A DNA stretch of 64,000 bases from an uncultured Clostridia bacterium (GTDB taxonomy: Bacteria; Bacillota; Clostridia; Tissierellales; Dethiosulfatibacteraceae). Below, piece by piece: positions 37,673 to 49,417 of this stretch; the first letter of the stretch is position 1; each line of letters opens with the position of its first letter. Made by a program: the position numbers and the translations under genes. The notes beneath the pieces are model-generated. The model made no database searches. It saw only the letters and a list, made by a program, of their open reading frames with translations, and was not told where the DNA came from. The DNA is taken from contig CAZIKK010000002.1 of NCBI GenBank assembly GCA_964539975.1, positions 129,282 through 193,281 of the forward strand. Reading direction: 5' to 3'.

Positions 37673-40063
37673 ATGAAATCAATGAATTTTATTCAATACA
37701 TGAAGCATCACTTAGTCGTTTTTGATGGCGCTATGGGAACTCAACTTCAATCACGTTTCTCTCCCGTTGCGTTGATGCCTGAAGAGTACAATCTTACTCA
37801 CCCTGATGCAATAAGGGATATACATATGAAATACGCTGCTGCTGGATCAAAGGTGATTACTACAAACACTTTTGGTGCAAATTCTTATAAAATGAGTGAT
37901 AGCAAATATAGCAGTACACAAATTGTTACCGAAGCTGTTCAAATAGTCAAATCCATTCCGGATGTTTATTGCGCTTTGGACATAGGCCCCATTGGGAAGC
38001 TACTTAAAAGTAATTCACCCAGCGATTTTGACTCTTTCTATGAATTGTTTGCACAACAAGTGAAAGCAGGCACAAAAGCAGGATGTGATCTTATTTTAAT
38101 AGAAACCATGACTGATTTATATGAAGCAAAAGCGGCTGTTTTAGCAGCTAAAGAGCACTCAAATCTGCCCATAGCCTGCACCATGACTCTCCAAAAGAAT
38201 GGAAGGACACTAACTGGCTCTGATATTATGACCATCGTGTCCGTACTAGAATCGCTTAGAGTTGATATAATAGGTCTGAACTGTTCTTTTGGCCCGGAAG
38301 AATTGTTTCCATACATTGAGTCTTTATCAAGTTTTTCATCAAAAAATTTATTGATTCAACCGAATGCAGGTATGCCAAAGATAGAAAATGGGAAAACACA
38401 CTACCATTACCCTCCCAGCCAATTCTCAAGAGAAATGATGAAGATAAAAGACTTAGGTGTCAATTGTCTCGGCGGATGCTGCGGCACCACACCCGAGCAT
38501 ATAAAAAGCCTTTCACAGTCGCTGTCTAACCTAAGTCCCACTCCCATAATTGATAAGCCTTATGCTTTCGTATCTTCTGGCACAAATACCATCCAAATTG
38601 ATGGGATAACGATTGTTGGTGAAAGCATTAATCCTACAGGTAAAAAGAAACTAAAACAAGCAATTTCTGATCTTGATCTAAGTTACATAAGGTCTCTTGC
38701 ACGTTCACAGGCAGATGATGGTGCAGATGTTTTGGACATTAACGTTGGTGTGCCTGGCAAAAATGAGATAGAATCCATGGCTAAAGTGATTGAGTCCGTT
38801 TCCCAAGAAGTATCCTTGCCTCTCCAAATTGACAGTTCAAACCCAGAAGTTATCGAATACGCCTTAAGATACTATAATGGGAAAGCACTAGTTAATTCTG
38901 TGAATGGAAAGCACGAATCAATGGCTACAATCCTTCCTTTAATCCAAAAATATGGAGGGATGATCATTGGTCTCACCATGAATGAACACGGCATCCCATT
39001 GAGTGCTGAAGAACGATTGAAAATTGCTGAAAGTTTAATAAACACCTCCAATCAATATGGGATTCCATTGAAAGACATGGTTATAGATTGTTTGACTTTG
39101 ACAGCATCTGCTCAACAAAAACATATTTTTGAAACAATTAGAGCCTTACAGTTGATTAAAATGCATTTGGGAGTTAAAACCTGTTTAGGTATAAGTAATG
39201 TCTCGTATGGTTTGCCTGAAAGAGAGCTGATAAATGCAACCTTTCTAGCTTCTGCATTGACTGCTGGGTTAGACCTAGCAATTATCAATACCTCCTCAAA
39301 GCTTTCAATGGGTATCATACGTTCTTTCAAAGTAATTGCTAACCAAGATCGTGACGCAAGCGAATTTATCCAAGCTTATCAGATTAATCAAGATAATAAG
39401 CCGGCACATAAAGACTCAAAAATATTAGGTGACGATCTACAAAGTTCAATCATTCATGCTAGGACAGAAGAAGGTGTGAGAATTGTGAGAAAAAAACTTC
39501 TACACTGCACTCCACTTGAACTCATAAATAAGGATATTGTGCCAGCTTTAGATGAAGTCGGAAGGCGGTATGAAGAAGGAGATATTTTTCTCCCACAACT
39601 ACTCAATTCTGCCGAAGCTACACAAAAGATTTTTGAAGTCCTAAAGCAACATGCTTCTCCAAGCGAAAACAACAGTCTTGATAAATCCATCGTTTTAGCA
39701 ACTGTAGCTGGTGATGTTCATGACATCGGCAAAAACATAGTCAAAATGTTGCTGGAAAACTACGGATTTCATATAATTGATTTAGGGAAGAATGTGCATT
39801 CATCCGAAATGTTGCGCGCTATCGAGACTCACCAAGCAACACTAGTTGGGCTAAGCGCTTTAATGACAACCACCGTTGCTAATATGGTAGACTCCATTCG
39901 GCTCATTAAAAAGCACTACCCCCATGTGAAAGTTATGGTTGGCGGAGCTGTTCTTAACAAGGAATACGCAACAGAGATTAAATCTGATTATTATGGAAAA
40001 GATGCACTTGAGGCGGTTACAATCGCAAAAAAACACTTTGATTCAATAAAAAATGAGGGTTAA
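37673..40063 (+). CDS. metH: cobalamin-dependent methionine synthase, three-module form (Hcy-binding, pterin-binding, B12-binding; no reactivation domain)
   Basis: VFDGAMGTQL, GLNCSFGP and GGCCGTTP (Zn/Hcy module), a pterin module (ALVNSVNG), and the B12 motif GDVHDIGKNIV. ATG at 37673 lies 2 nt after the metF stop. Confidence 0.92.
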   Translation: MKSMNFIQYMKHHLVVFDGAMGTQLQSRFSPVALMPEEYNLTHPDAIRDIHMKYAAAGSKVITTNTFGANSYKMSDSKYSSTQIVTEAVQIVKSIPDVYCALDIGPIGKLLKSNSPSDFDSFYELFAQQVKAGTKAGCDLILIETMTDLYEAKAAVLAAKEHSNLPIACTMTLQKNGRTLTGSDIMTIVSVLESLRVDIIGLNCSFGPEELFPYIESLSSFSSKNLLIQPNAGMPKIENGKTHYHYPPSQFSREMMKIKDLGVNCLGGCCGTTPEHIKSLSQSLSNLSPTPIIDKPYAFVSSGTNTIQIDGITIVGESINPTGKKKLKQAISDLDLSYIRSLARSQADDGADVLDINVGVPGKNEIESMAKVIESVSQEVSLPLQIDSSNPEVIEYALRYYNGKALVNSVNGKHESMATILPLIQKYGGMIIGLTMNEHGIPLSAEERLKIAESLINTSNQYGIPLKDMVIDCLTLTASAQQKHIFETIRALQLIKMHLGVKTCLGISNVSYGLPERELINATFLASALTAGLDLAIINTSSKLSMGIIRSFKVIANQDRDASEFIQAYQINQDNKPAHKDSKILGDDLQSSIIHARTEEGVRIVRKKLLHCTPLELINKDIVPALDEVGRRYEEGDIFLPQLLNSAEATQKIFEVLKQHASPSENNSLDKSIVLATVAGDVHDIGKNIVKMLLENYGFHIIDLGKNVHSSEMLRAIETHQATLVGLSALMTTTVANMVDSIRLIKKHYPHVKVMVGGAVLNKEYATEIKSDYYGKDALEAVTIAKKHFDSIKNEG

Positions 40064-40075
40064 CCCTCATTTTTT
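40048..40075. terminator. bidirectional intrinsic terminator shared by convergent metH and aspartate kinase
   Basis: Perfect 28-nt palindrome AAAAAATGAGGGTT/AACCCTCATTTTTT; both stop codons (TAA 40061-40063, TGA 40067-40069 on the minus strand) lie inside it. Confidence 0.75.
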
Positions 40076-41383
40076 ATTGAATGCTTCATATAAGGCTATA
40101 ATTGCTTTCTCCAAATCATTGTCATTAACACCAATAATAATATTTATCTCGCTTGAACCTTGATCAATTACTCGAATATTGACCCCTGCATTTCCCAAAG
40201 CTGTAAACACTCTCCCTGCAACACCTGCTGTGAAAGCCATGTTTTGTCCAACCACTGCAATCATTGCGATGTTTTTAAACACATTAATACTATCTGGAGA
40301 ACAAGATCTATCTATTTCACTTAAAACTTTCTCTAGTTTACCGTTCAATTTATTGCTGTCTATTACAATGGAAACTGTGTCTATCCCACTCGGAATGTTT
40401 TCAAATGTGATATCATACATCTCCAAAATAGATAGTATTCTTCTGACATAACCAACCTCAGAATTCATATAGAACTTTTGAAGTGCAATGATTGTAAAAT
40501 CTTTGCGTCCTGCAATACCAGTGATGGTTAAATCATCATCTTCCTTAATCTTTTCATTGGAAATAATCGTTCCCGGATCCTCTGGTAAGTTTGTGTTTCT
40601 AATATTTATTGGAATATTAGCATTTCTTACCGGATAGATTGCCTCATCATGTAACACAGAAGCTCCCATATAAGATAGTTCTCGCAACTCTCTATAGGTT
40701 ATATTTCTAATTTTTTTAGGATTTTTGATTATTCTTGGATCGGCCATCATGAATCCTGATACATCTGTCCAGTTCTCATATACATCAGCTTGCATACAAC
40801 TCGCAATCAAAGATCCTGTAATGTCAGAGCCTCCCCTAGAAAATGTTTTAATGTCCCCTAGTGCGCTTGTTCCATAAAAGCCAGGGATAACTGCATACTG
40901 CACATCCTTTAATCGCTCATTCATTATTCTGGTGGTTTTATCATAGTCAAGAGAACCATCCATTTTAAAGAAAATAACATCTTTTGCATCTACAAACTCA
41001 TAGTCTAGATAGTTTGCTAATATCAGTGCGTTCAAGTATTCTCCTCTGCTTGCTAGATAATCTATGGAAATGCCTTTATTTAATTCATTCTTGATGCCAC
41101 TTAAGTAAAGGTCTATATCTAATTGCTTGCAAAGAGATCTGGAAATATCTTTAAATCTATCTTCGATCATTTTAAATACTTGGTCAAACGGTACAGAATA
41201 AGTTAAATGTGCATGACATAAATACAATAGGTCCGTTATTTTGTTATCTCCATCCATTCTTTTCCCAGGAGCAGATACAACGATAAACCTTTTATCTTTA
41301 TCAGCTTTTATTATTTTAGCTGCTTTTTTTAGCTGTTCTCCACTTGACGTTGATGTTCCCCCAAATTTTGCAACTTTTAACAC
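40067..41383 (-). CDS. aspartate kinase
   Basis: LKVAKFGGTSTSS start, kinase domain and two C-terminal ACT domains. GGAGGA lies 6 nt before the GTG at 41383; the upstream part of the track ORF has no homology-like features. Confidence 0.92.
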   Translation of the reverse strand: MLKVAKFGGTSTSSGEQLKKAAKIIKADKDKRFIVVSAPGKRMDGDNKITDLLYLCHAHLTYSVPFDQVFKMIEDRFKDISRSLCKQLDIDLYLSGIKNELNKGISIDYLASRGEYLNALILANYLDYEFVDAKDVIFFKMDGSLDYDKTTRIMNERLKDVQYAVIPGFYGTSALGDIKTFSRGGSDITGSLIASCMQADVYENWTDVSGFMMADPRIIKNPKKIRNITYRELRELSYMGASVLHDEAIYPVRNANIPINIRNTNLPEDPGTIISNEKIKEDDDLTITGIAGRKDFTIIALQKFYMNSEVGYVRRILSILEMYDITFENIPSGIDTVSIVIDSNKLNGKLEKVLSEIDRSCSPDSINVFKNIAMIAVVGQNMAFTAGVAGRVFTALGNAGVNIRVIDQGSSEINIIIGVNDNDLEKAIIALYEAFNKK

Positions 41384-41527
41384 TTTGTGTCCTCCTCGAA
41401 AACATTTGTTTATGGATCGTAAACTCATAGTATATACTATACACCATTGCTGATAGAAAATAAACAATTATTTCTGTTCTTTTGCAAAAAAAGGTGCTTT
41501 TTTGAATTGGACCGGTTATTTGTTGAA

Positions 41528-43423
41528 TTATGATAACTCGTACCCGTTCATGTCTTGATCCTCACTTATCCAATCCATAGCTTCTTGTGAAATACCTTTG
41601 CTATCAAGGTTATATGCACCCGTCAACTCAGCAACACTTCCATGCTCAATGAAAGCATCGGGTAACGTCAACATTCTAAATCTGCAATGATCAGATAATT
41701 CACTGGCAATTAAGTTGCCTACCGTTCCTTTTGCAACTGTCTCATCTATAAACAAAACTTTGCTACCCTTTTGAATCATATTGCGCATTTGTCTAGTGTA
41801 AATAGGCTTGATTGCCTGAAGCTTAATCAAGCCGGCATCAACCCCGTTTCTTCTAAGCTCTGAGACGGCTTCGATAGATTCTTTAGTGAGTCTTCCATAG
41901 GTCATGAGCATCATGTCTTTCCCTTCTTTTAATAATTGAGGTGCCATGATTTGTTCGATAGAATATGCTGGCTCTTTCGTGGTTCTTTTCGCCTCGCCTC
42001 TTGGATATCTAATTACCACTGGTCCAGTCATTTCAAGCACAGCGTATTCCAACATGTTTTCTAAATCAGTTGAGTTGGAAGGTGTTAGGATTGTAAGATT
42101 TGGTATTTGGTATAGAAAGCCCGAATCGAAAACACCTTGATGAGTCTCACCGTCACTTCCTACCAGTCCAGCTCTATCCACACAAATAACAACATGATGA
42201 TTTTGTAATGCAATGTCATGCACAAGTTGATCATAAGCTCGTTGAAGAAATGTTGCATATATGGCATACACCGGAATCATGTCAGCAGCTGCCATTCCAG
42301 CTGCTAAAGTCATACCATGCTGTTCAGCTATTCCAACATCAAAAAATCTATTGGGGAACTGGTCTGCAAAGGCATCCAACCCTGTCCCATTTTTCATAGC
42401 TGCTGTTACCGCGACCACTCGATTTTCTTTTTTTGCTATGTCGACAATTTTTTTGCCAAATACATCCGAAAATGTTTCGGTTTCTTTACTTTTGATCTCT
42501 CCTGATTCTTTGTCAAATTTCCCCACCCCGTGAAAAACACCTGGGTTATCCTCAGCAGGTTTGTACCCTTTTCCTTTTTTTGTGTGTACGTGCAGGACTA
42601 GTGGTTCTTTTGAAAATTTAATTCTTTTTAATATGTCAATTAAATCCTCTAGATTATGTCCATCTACTGGACCAATATATTTAATTCCAAACTCTTCAAA
42701 CAACATGCCTCCATTCACAAAAAAAGACTTAGAAGCTTCTTTGATCCTCTTGATAAACCTGACCAAGTGCTTTCCAATCATAGGTACAGTATTTAAAACT
42801 CTTTCCACACTTTTTTTTGTTGAATAGTACCTTGCTCCTGCTCTCATTTTTGACAAACTTGTTGAAATACTGCCAACATTCTTCGAAATGGACATTTCGT
42901 TATCGTTTAGAATGATAATCAGATTGGTTTTTTTTCTACCGACATTGTTTAATGCCTCTAATGCCATTCCGCCTGTCAAGGCACCATCTCCAATAAGAGC
43001 AATCACATGGTGCTTTTCTCCTCTAAGATCTCTTGCATTGGCAAATCCCAACGCAGCAGAAATCGAAGTGCTACTGTGTCCCGTTTCAAAAACATCATGT
43101 TCACTCTCGGCTCTTTTAGGAAATCCGCTTAAGCCGCCATGTTGCCTAATTGTATATAATCTATCTTTTCTGCCTGTTAAAATCTTGTGAACATAACTCT
43201 GATGCCCCACATCAAAAATAAACTTGTCCTCTGGAGATTCAAACACATAGTGCATTGCAATTGTCAGCTCCACCACACCAAGGTTTGAAGCTAAATGTCC
43301 TCCTGTGTTAGAGATCGTCTCAATCATAAACTCTCGAATCTCTTTAGCTAATAATTTGAGTTCTTCCATGTTCATATCTTTTATTCTTTGTTTGTTATCA
43401 ATTTGATTCAGCAATTTTTCCAT
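41528..43423 (-). CDS. dxs: 1-deoxy-D-xylulose-5-phosphate synthase
   Basis: GGHLASNLGVVELT, FDVGHQSY, ThDP motif IGDGALTGGMALEALN. Confidence 0.97.
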   Translation of the reverse strand: MEKLLNQIDNKQRIKDMNMEELKLLAKEIREFMIETISNTGGHLASNLGVVELTIAMHYVFESPEDKFIFDVGHQSYVHKILTGRKDRLYTIRQHGGLSGFPKRAESEHDVFETGHSSTSISAALGFANARDLRGEKHHVIALIGDGALTGGMALEALNNVGRKKTNLIIILNDNEMSISKNVGSISTSLSKMRAGARYYSTKKSVERVLNTVPMIGKHLVRFIKRIKEASKSFFVNGGMLFEEFGIKYIGPVDGHNLEDLIDILKRIKFSKEPLVLHVHTKKGKGYKPAEDNPGVFHGVGKFDKESGEIKSKETETFSDVFGKKIVDIAKKENRVVAVTAAMKNGTGLDAFADQFPNRFFDVGIAEQHGMTLAAGMAAADMIPVYAIYATFLQRAYDQLVHDIALQNHHVVICVDRAGLVGSDGETHQGVFDSGFLYQIPNLTILTPSNSTDLENMLEYAVLEMTGPVVIRYPRGEAKRTTKEPAYSIEQIMAPQLLKEGKDMMLMTYGRLTKESIEAVSELRRNGVDAGLIKLQAIKPIYTRQMRNMIQKGSKVLFIDETVAKGTVGNLIASELSDHCRFRMLTLPDAFIEHGSVAELTGAYNLDSKGISQEAMDWISEDQDMNGYELS

Positions 43424-43500
43424 CCTATCCCTCGTTGTTAATCATGCCATTATACCACATTGTTTTTTTATTTAGCAATTATTTATAAGCCCTTCTCATA

Positions 43501-43544
43501 AAAAGCCCCCCCTCGCGTTTAACCCAATCCGAGGGGGGGCTTTT
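43501..43544 (-). terminator. strong intrinsic terminator after groEL (symmetrical)
   Basis: AAAAGCCCCCCCTCG-N15-CGAGGGGGGGCTTTT. Confidence 0.85.
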
Positions 43545-43565
43545 AGTTTATACATTCTTAGTTAA

Positions 43566-45206
<1,641 letters not shown>

Positions 45207-45220
45207 TTAACACCTCTCCC

Positions 45221-45502
45221 TTATTCAACGATTGCTAATATATCATCTAGTTTCAATACTGTATATTCCATGTTATCCATTTTGACTTCGGTTCCCGCAT
45301 ACTTAGAAAAAATCACCTTGTCGCCAACTTTTATCTCTTCTTTCTTCTTTTCATCATTCAATATTCCTGTTCCAACTGCAATGACTTCGGCCATTTGAGG
45401 TTTTTCCTTTGCTGAACCCGGTAAAACAATACCGCTTTGCGTTTTCTCCTCAGCCTCTAGTACTTTAATAACCAATCTGTTTCCAAGTGGCTTAATATTC
45501 AT
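45221..45502 (-). CDS. groES: co-chaperonin GroES
   Basis: [13 protein letters not shown]...[13 protein letters not shown] mobile loop, 93 aa. Confidence 0.98.
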   Translation of the reverse strand: MNIKPLGNRLVIKVLEAEEKTQSGIVLPGSAKEKPQMAEVIAVGTGILNDEKKKEEIKVGDKVIFSKYAGTEVKMDNMEYTVLKLDDILAIVE

Positions 45503-45535
45503 AGTTACCTCCTAAAATAGTAATATTTCCGTTTG

Positions 45536-45562
45536 TTAGCACTCAATTAAGTTGAGTGCTAA
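45536..45562 (-). promoter_or_regulatory. CIRCE operator (HrcA binding site)
   Basis: TTAGCACTC-N9-GAGTGCTAA, a perfect match to the consensus, between the promoter and the groES SD. Confidence 0.95.
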
Positions 45563-45576
45563 CATCAACTGTCAAT

Positions 45577-45605
45577 ATGATACTCTAATACAAAAAAAGT
45601 TTCAA
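45577..45605 (-). promoter_or_regulatory. sigma-A type promoter of groESL
   Basis: TTGAAA-17 nt-TATCAT on the minus strand, about 15 nt upstream of CIRCE. Confidence 0.55.
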
Positions 45606-45719
45606 ACATAATAATATACCATTTTTAACCGTTTTCTGCCATTTTTATGGTTTATTTATTTTTAAATAGATATTACGCTATATTTCTTCCTATATCTTTA
45701 ATTATCTGTGTTTTTCGCT

Positions 45720-46589
45720 TTACAGTCCTAATCTATTTTCTCTGGCATAATAGAATAGATACTGCTGCGCAAACCCAGCATAATTATCAAATTTTTCTGT
45801 CACAAAGGCATTCATTTTATCTTTCGTGTCTAATTCTGGGTACAGCGTTTCCATCATTCGTTTTATCCATACATCAATCGGAAAAACATCGTAACGCTGT
45901 AAAGAGAACAAAGCAATGCAAGAAGCAACTTTATTGCCTATTCCATTGAATTTTGTCAATTCAAACATTGCTTCTTTGGTGCTAAGTGTTTTTAGATAAT
46001 TGATCATTTGCGGGTTGTGTTCTATGGTTCTCGCTGCATTTAAGATATACTTGTCCCTATAGCCTACTTTTGTCTCTCTTATTTCACTGCAAGTTACAAC
46101 CGACAACGCCTTGGGCGTTGGGAACTGATATCTTACTATACCGTTAAAATAACCAATCTCTTTCCCAAATATTTCTGCCATGCTTTCTATCGACTTCTTA
46201 ATCGATGGAATGTTCTTATTTGCTGAAATGATGAAAGCAGCCATTGTTTCCCAAACGTCTTGCTTAAGCAACCTAAGACCGTATCCATATGACACCGCAG
46301 CCTTCATATTCTCATCGATGCTTACTTTGCTTTTCACGCTTGAATAATCCCTTCCCAAGTCAAAGTAATGCCACCATATTTTCTCAAAGTCCAAAATCGT
46401 TGTATTGTTAATAATCAATGATTCATCAACTTGTTTAAGGTTAATCACTTTATCCAATGCAACTAATGTATAGCTTCCATCATTTTCTAGTTGCCATCGG
46501 AAGCACTGCCCACATTCTAAAATGTGTTTCAAGTTGAAATCGCGCATCCCTTTAATCATTACACTATTTGTTTTGTTTGATATTTGCAT
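45720..46589 (-). CDS. ogg: 8-oxoguanine DNA glycosylase (OGG1-type, HhH-GPD)
   Basis: OGG_N-like start (LECGQCFRW), HhH-GPD with catalytic Lys/Asp context NGIGNKVASCIALF...FPIDVWI. Confidence 0.85.
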   Translation of the reverse strand: MQISNKTNSVMIKGMRDFNLKHILECGQCFRWQLENDGSYTLVALDKVINLKQVDESLIINNTTILDFEKIWWHYFDLGRDYSSVKSKVSIDENMKAAVSYGYGLRLLKQDVWETMAAFIISANKNIPSIKKSIESMAEIFGKEIGYFNGIVRYQFPTPKALSVVTCSEIRETKVGYRDKYILNAARTIEHNPQMINYLKTLSTKEAMFELTKFNGIGNKVASCIALFSLQRYDVFPIDVWIKRMMETLYPELDTKDKMNAFVTEKFDNYAGFAQQYLFYYARENRLGL

Positions 46590-46602
46590 CTATTCCCTCA
46601 AC

Positions 46603-46644
46603 AAAAAAGTGCCTTTCTCGGCAATCCTGACTCCTGAAAAGCAC
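46603..46644 (-). terminator. candidate intrinsic terminator after rex
   Basis: The minus strand reads GTGCTTTTC-N18-GAAAGGCAC (9 bp, one G-U) followed by T6. Confidence 0.5.
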
Positions 46645-46670
46645 ATTTAATTTAAACATAAAATGATTAG

Positions 46671-47327
46671 TTATTTTTCGTCGTCTTTTTGATTCTCTGA
46701 TTTTTCATTGTAATAATATGCCAGTGTATATAAGCTTTCATTCATATGGACATCCTCAATCGCTACATCATCAGCAACCTTTATATCTGTTGGTGCAAAA
46801 TTCCAAATGGCTTTAATCCCACTTGATGTCAAAATGTCTGCCACTTCTTGGCTAACTTCCTTTGGTGTACATATAACACCAATATCGATATGGTGTTCAT
46901 CAATATAGCTAGGAAGCTCATCTATATCCATGATCTCATGATCCCTAATTCTCAATCCTAACAACTTTGGGTTCTTGTCAAATAGAGCTTTCACTTCAAA
47001 TCCCTCTTCGTAAAAACCTGCATAATTAGCAACTGCTTGACCAATATTTCCTGCTCCAACAATTATGACTTTGTATTTATGATCAATTCCCATGATCCTT
47101 CCAATTTCATCTCTTAAATTCTTTGCATCGTACCCGTATCCTTGTTGTCCAAACCCACCAAAATTATTAAGGTCTTGACGAATCTGTGATGCTGTGAATC
47201 CAGTTAATCTACTAAGTTCATTGGATGATACTCTGTTGACACCGTTTTTCAATAAATCCCCTAAGTATCTATAGTATTTAGGTAGTCTTCTTATTACTGC
47301 ATCTGAAATCTTTCCTCTTTTTGCCAT
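46671..47327 (-). CDS. rex: redox-sensing repressor Rex
   Basis: MAKRGKISDAVIRRLPKYYRYL winged helix, Rossmann IVGAGNIGQA. Start at 47327 (GGAGGTG upstream). Confidence 0.95.
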   Translation of the reverse strand: MAKRGKISDAVIRRLPKYYRYLGDLLKNGVNRVSSNELSRLTGFTASQIRQDLNNFGGFGQQGYGYDAKNLRDEIGRIMGIDHKYKVIIVGAGNIGQAVANYAGFYEEGFEVKALFDKNPKLLGLRIRDHEIMDIDELPSYIDEHHIDIGVICTPKEVSQEVADILTSSGIKAIWNFAPTDIKVADDVAIEDVHMNESLYTLAYYYNEKSENQKDDEK

Positions 47328-47494
47328 ATTGACACCTCCATTTATTAACAATAATATTTTAACAAGATTTAATACTTTAATCAATAAGTATCATTTTTTT
47401 GACTAGCCCTTTCATGCTTCAATCGAATTCAGTTTATGCTTGCCTCTTTACAATATGTCCATTTCAAAATATACTATATTGCGTGGTGATAAGT

Positions 47495-49411
47495 ATGATA
47501 GATATTAATTGCAAAGAAATAAAAAAAACTTACGATGCCGACACGATTCTTGACTCAATCAATTTTACCATAAATGAATTTGAAAAGGTAGCTTTAATCG
47601 GTTTAAATGGTTCAGGTAAAACAACCCTTTTCAAAATACTAACCGATCAAATTGATTATGATAGTGGTGAGTTCTATATCAATCAAAATAAATCTATCGG
47701 TTATTTACAACAGTCTGACACTGTGGATCCTGGGAAAAGTGTGTATGAAACAGTTGAAGAAATCTTCCATCCTGTCATTTCCATTGAAAATAACCTAAGA
47801 CGACTTGAAAAAGAAATGTCAAGTGCCCACAAGAATCCAACCTTTTTAGATTCCTTAATGTTAGAGTATGGGCAACTAAACGATACTTATGAAGCTATGA
47901 ATGGCTACCGGTATAAAAGCTTAATTAGAGGTGTTCTTAATGGCTTAAGTTTCCCGGAAGAGATGTTTCATATGCCTTTTGACAAACTCAGTGGCGGACA
48001 AAAAAACAGACTTATGTTGGCGAGACTTTTGTTATCTGATCCGGAAATCCTTTTGCTGGATGAACCTACCAATCATTTGGATATAGCTTCTACAGAGTGG
48101 CTTGAGAGATTTTTGCAAGATTTCAAAGGAACCATGCTGATCATATCTCATGACCGTTATTTCTTAGATAAGGTTGTGTCTCGTACTTTTTATTTGAGTC
48201 AACGCACCATCACATCTTACGCTGGCAATTACTCTTATTTCATCGAAAAATGGAATCATGAAACTCTAATAAAACAAAAAAAATACCTCATCCAAGAAAA
48301 GGAAATCAATCGTCAAAAAGAAATCATTGCAAGATTTTTAGCCAACGGTCGAGATAAAAAAGTCAGACAGGCAAAAAGTAGAGAAAAAATGCTCCAACAG
48401 ATGGCTCTTGTCGAAAACCCAGAAACAAGTCAAGATTTGCTTAATATGCGTTTTTTTCCTTCCATCCAAAGCGGAACAGATGTACTTGTCGTTTCAGATC
48501 TTTCAAAATCCTATGGAGATACTTGCGTCTTTAATGATTTAAGTTTTTCTATCTATAGAGGGGATAAAATTGGCTTAATTGGCCCAAATGGAATTGGTAA
48601 GACAACTTTATTGAGAATCATTCAGTCTATTGAAATTGCCAACGAGGGAGATGTCACATTTGGACATCACGTAAAAGTGAGTTATTTTGATCAAGAACTC
48701 TCTGATTTGAATTTCGAAAACTCAGTTTTGGATGAAATATGGGACGCTTACCCAAAATTAAAGGCTCATGAGGTACGAAACTATTTAGCTCGTTTCCTAT
48801 TCTATCATGCTGATTTGTTCAAATCTGTAGGAGATTTAAGCGGCGGAGAGAAAAGCAGACTTTCTTTTTTGAAGCTCATGTTGTCAAATGCAAATTTCTT
48901 ATTGCTTGACGAGCCAACAAATCATTTGGACATTGACTCTAAACTTGTTTTAGAAAAAGCTATTGAGTCATATGAAGGAACGGTGTTGATTATTTCACAC
49001 GACAGATACTTTTTAAATAAAACCACCAATAAAATCTTTGAAATGTCCTCGACTGGAATAACTGAGTATCTAGGAAATTATGATTATTATGCCTATAAAA
49101 AAAGTATTCCAAATCAATCTGAAAACACAGAGATCAAACCAACAAAAACTGAACTCAAAAATATGGCCAAAAAAGAACGCGCTTCTATTCGAAAAAAACA
49201 GTCTCAAAGAAGAGCTTTACAGGATTTAGAGTCTTCGATCTATGACCTTGAGGAGGAAATCCATAGTCTTGAAATTCGTTTATGTGAACCTGAAACATAT
49301 AACGATCACATTCTATCCTCTCAAATCAGCGATCGAATTCACTTTATAAAATCAAAGCTTAATTCCTACTATATAGAGTGGGACGCTTTATACCAAAATA
49401 AGGAGGAATAA
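47495..49411 (+). CDS. ABC-F family ATPase (translation-factor type, no TM domain)
   Basis: Two ABC cassettes (GLNGSGKTT / LSGGQKNR and GPNGIGKTT / LSGGEKSR), an inter-domain linker and a C-terminal coiled coil. Start at ATG 47495 (MIDINCKEIKK). Confidence 0.9.
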   Translation: MIDINCKEIKKTYDADTILDSINFTINEFEKVALIGLNGSGKTTLFKILTDQIDYDSGEFYINQNKSIGYLQQSDTVDPGKSVYETVEEIFHPVISIENNLRRLEKEMSSAHKNPTFLDSLMLEYGQLNDTYEAMNGYRYKSLIRGVLNGLSFPEEMFHMPFDKLSGGQKNRLMLARLLLSDPEILLLDEPTNHLDIASTEWLERFLQDFKGTMLIISHDRYFLDKVVSRTFYLSQRTITSYAGNYSYFIEKWNHETLIKQKKYLIQEKEINRQKEIIARFLANGRDKKVRQAKSREKMLQQMALVENPETSQDLLNMRFFPSIQSGTDVLVVSDLSKSYGDTCVFNDLSFSIYRGDKIGLIGPNGIGKTTLLRIIQSIEIANEGDVTFGHHVKVSYFDQELSDLNFENSVLDEIWDAYPKLKAHEVRNYLARFLFYHADLFKSVGDLSGGEKSRLSFLKLMLSNANFLLLDEPTNHLDIDSKLVLEKAIESYEGTVLIISHDRYFLNKTTNKIFEMSSTGITEYLGNYDYYAYKKSIPNQSENTEIKPTKTELKNMAKKERASIRKKQSQRRALQDLESSIYDLEEEIHSLEIRLCEPETYNDHILSSQISDRIHFIKSKLNSYYIEWDALYQNKEE

Positions 49412-49417
49412 TGTCAT

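Noticed and set aside
41384-41527. Possible lysine riboswitch (L-box) upstream of aspartate kinase
   Set aside because: Only 144 nt are available. I could not find the conserved L-box helices or a terminator hairpin. The region looks like a plain promoter plus SD.
45647-45949. 100-aa plus-strand ORF spanning the ogg 3' end and the groES upstream region
   Set aside because: It has no SD, is low-complexity and hydrophobic, overlaps the well-supported ogg frame, and starts inside AT-rich intergenic DNA.
47345-47372. Two TTGTTAA half-sites just upstream of rex, considered as a Rex autoregulatory operator
   Set aside because: The half-sites are direct repeats 14 nt apart, not the inverted repeat TTGTTAA-N4-TTAACAA that Rex dimers bind. 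They overlap the TTGATT-17-TAAAAT promoter candidate and the AT-rich 5' UTR.
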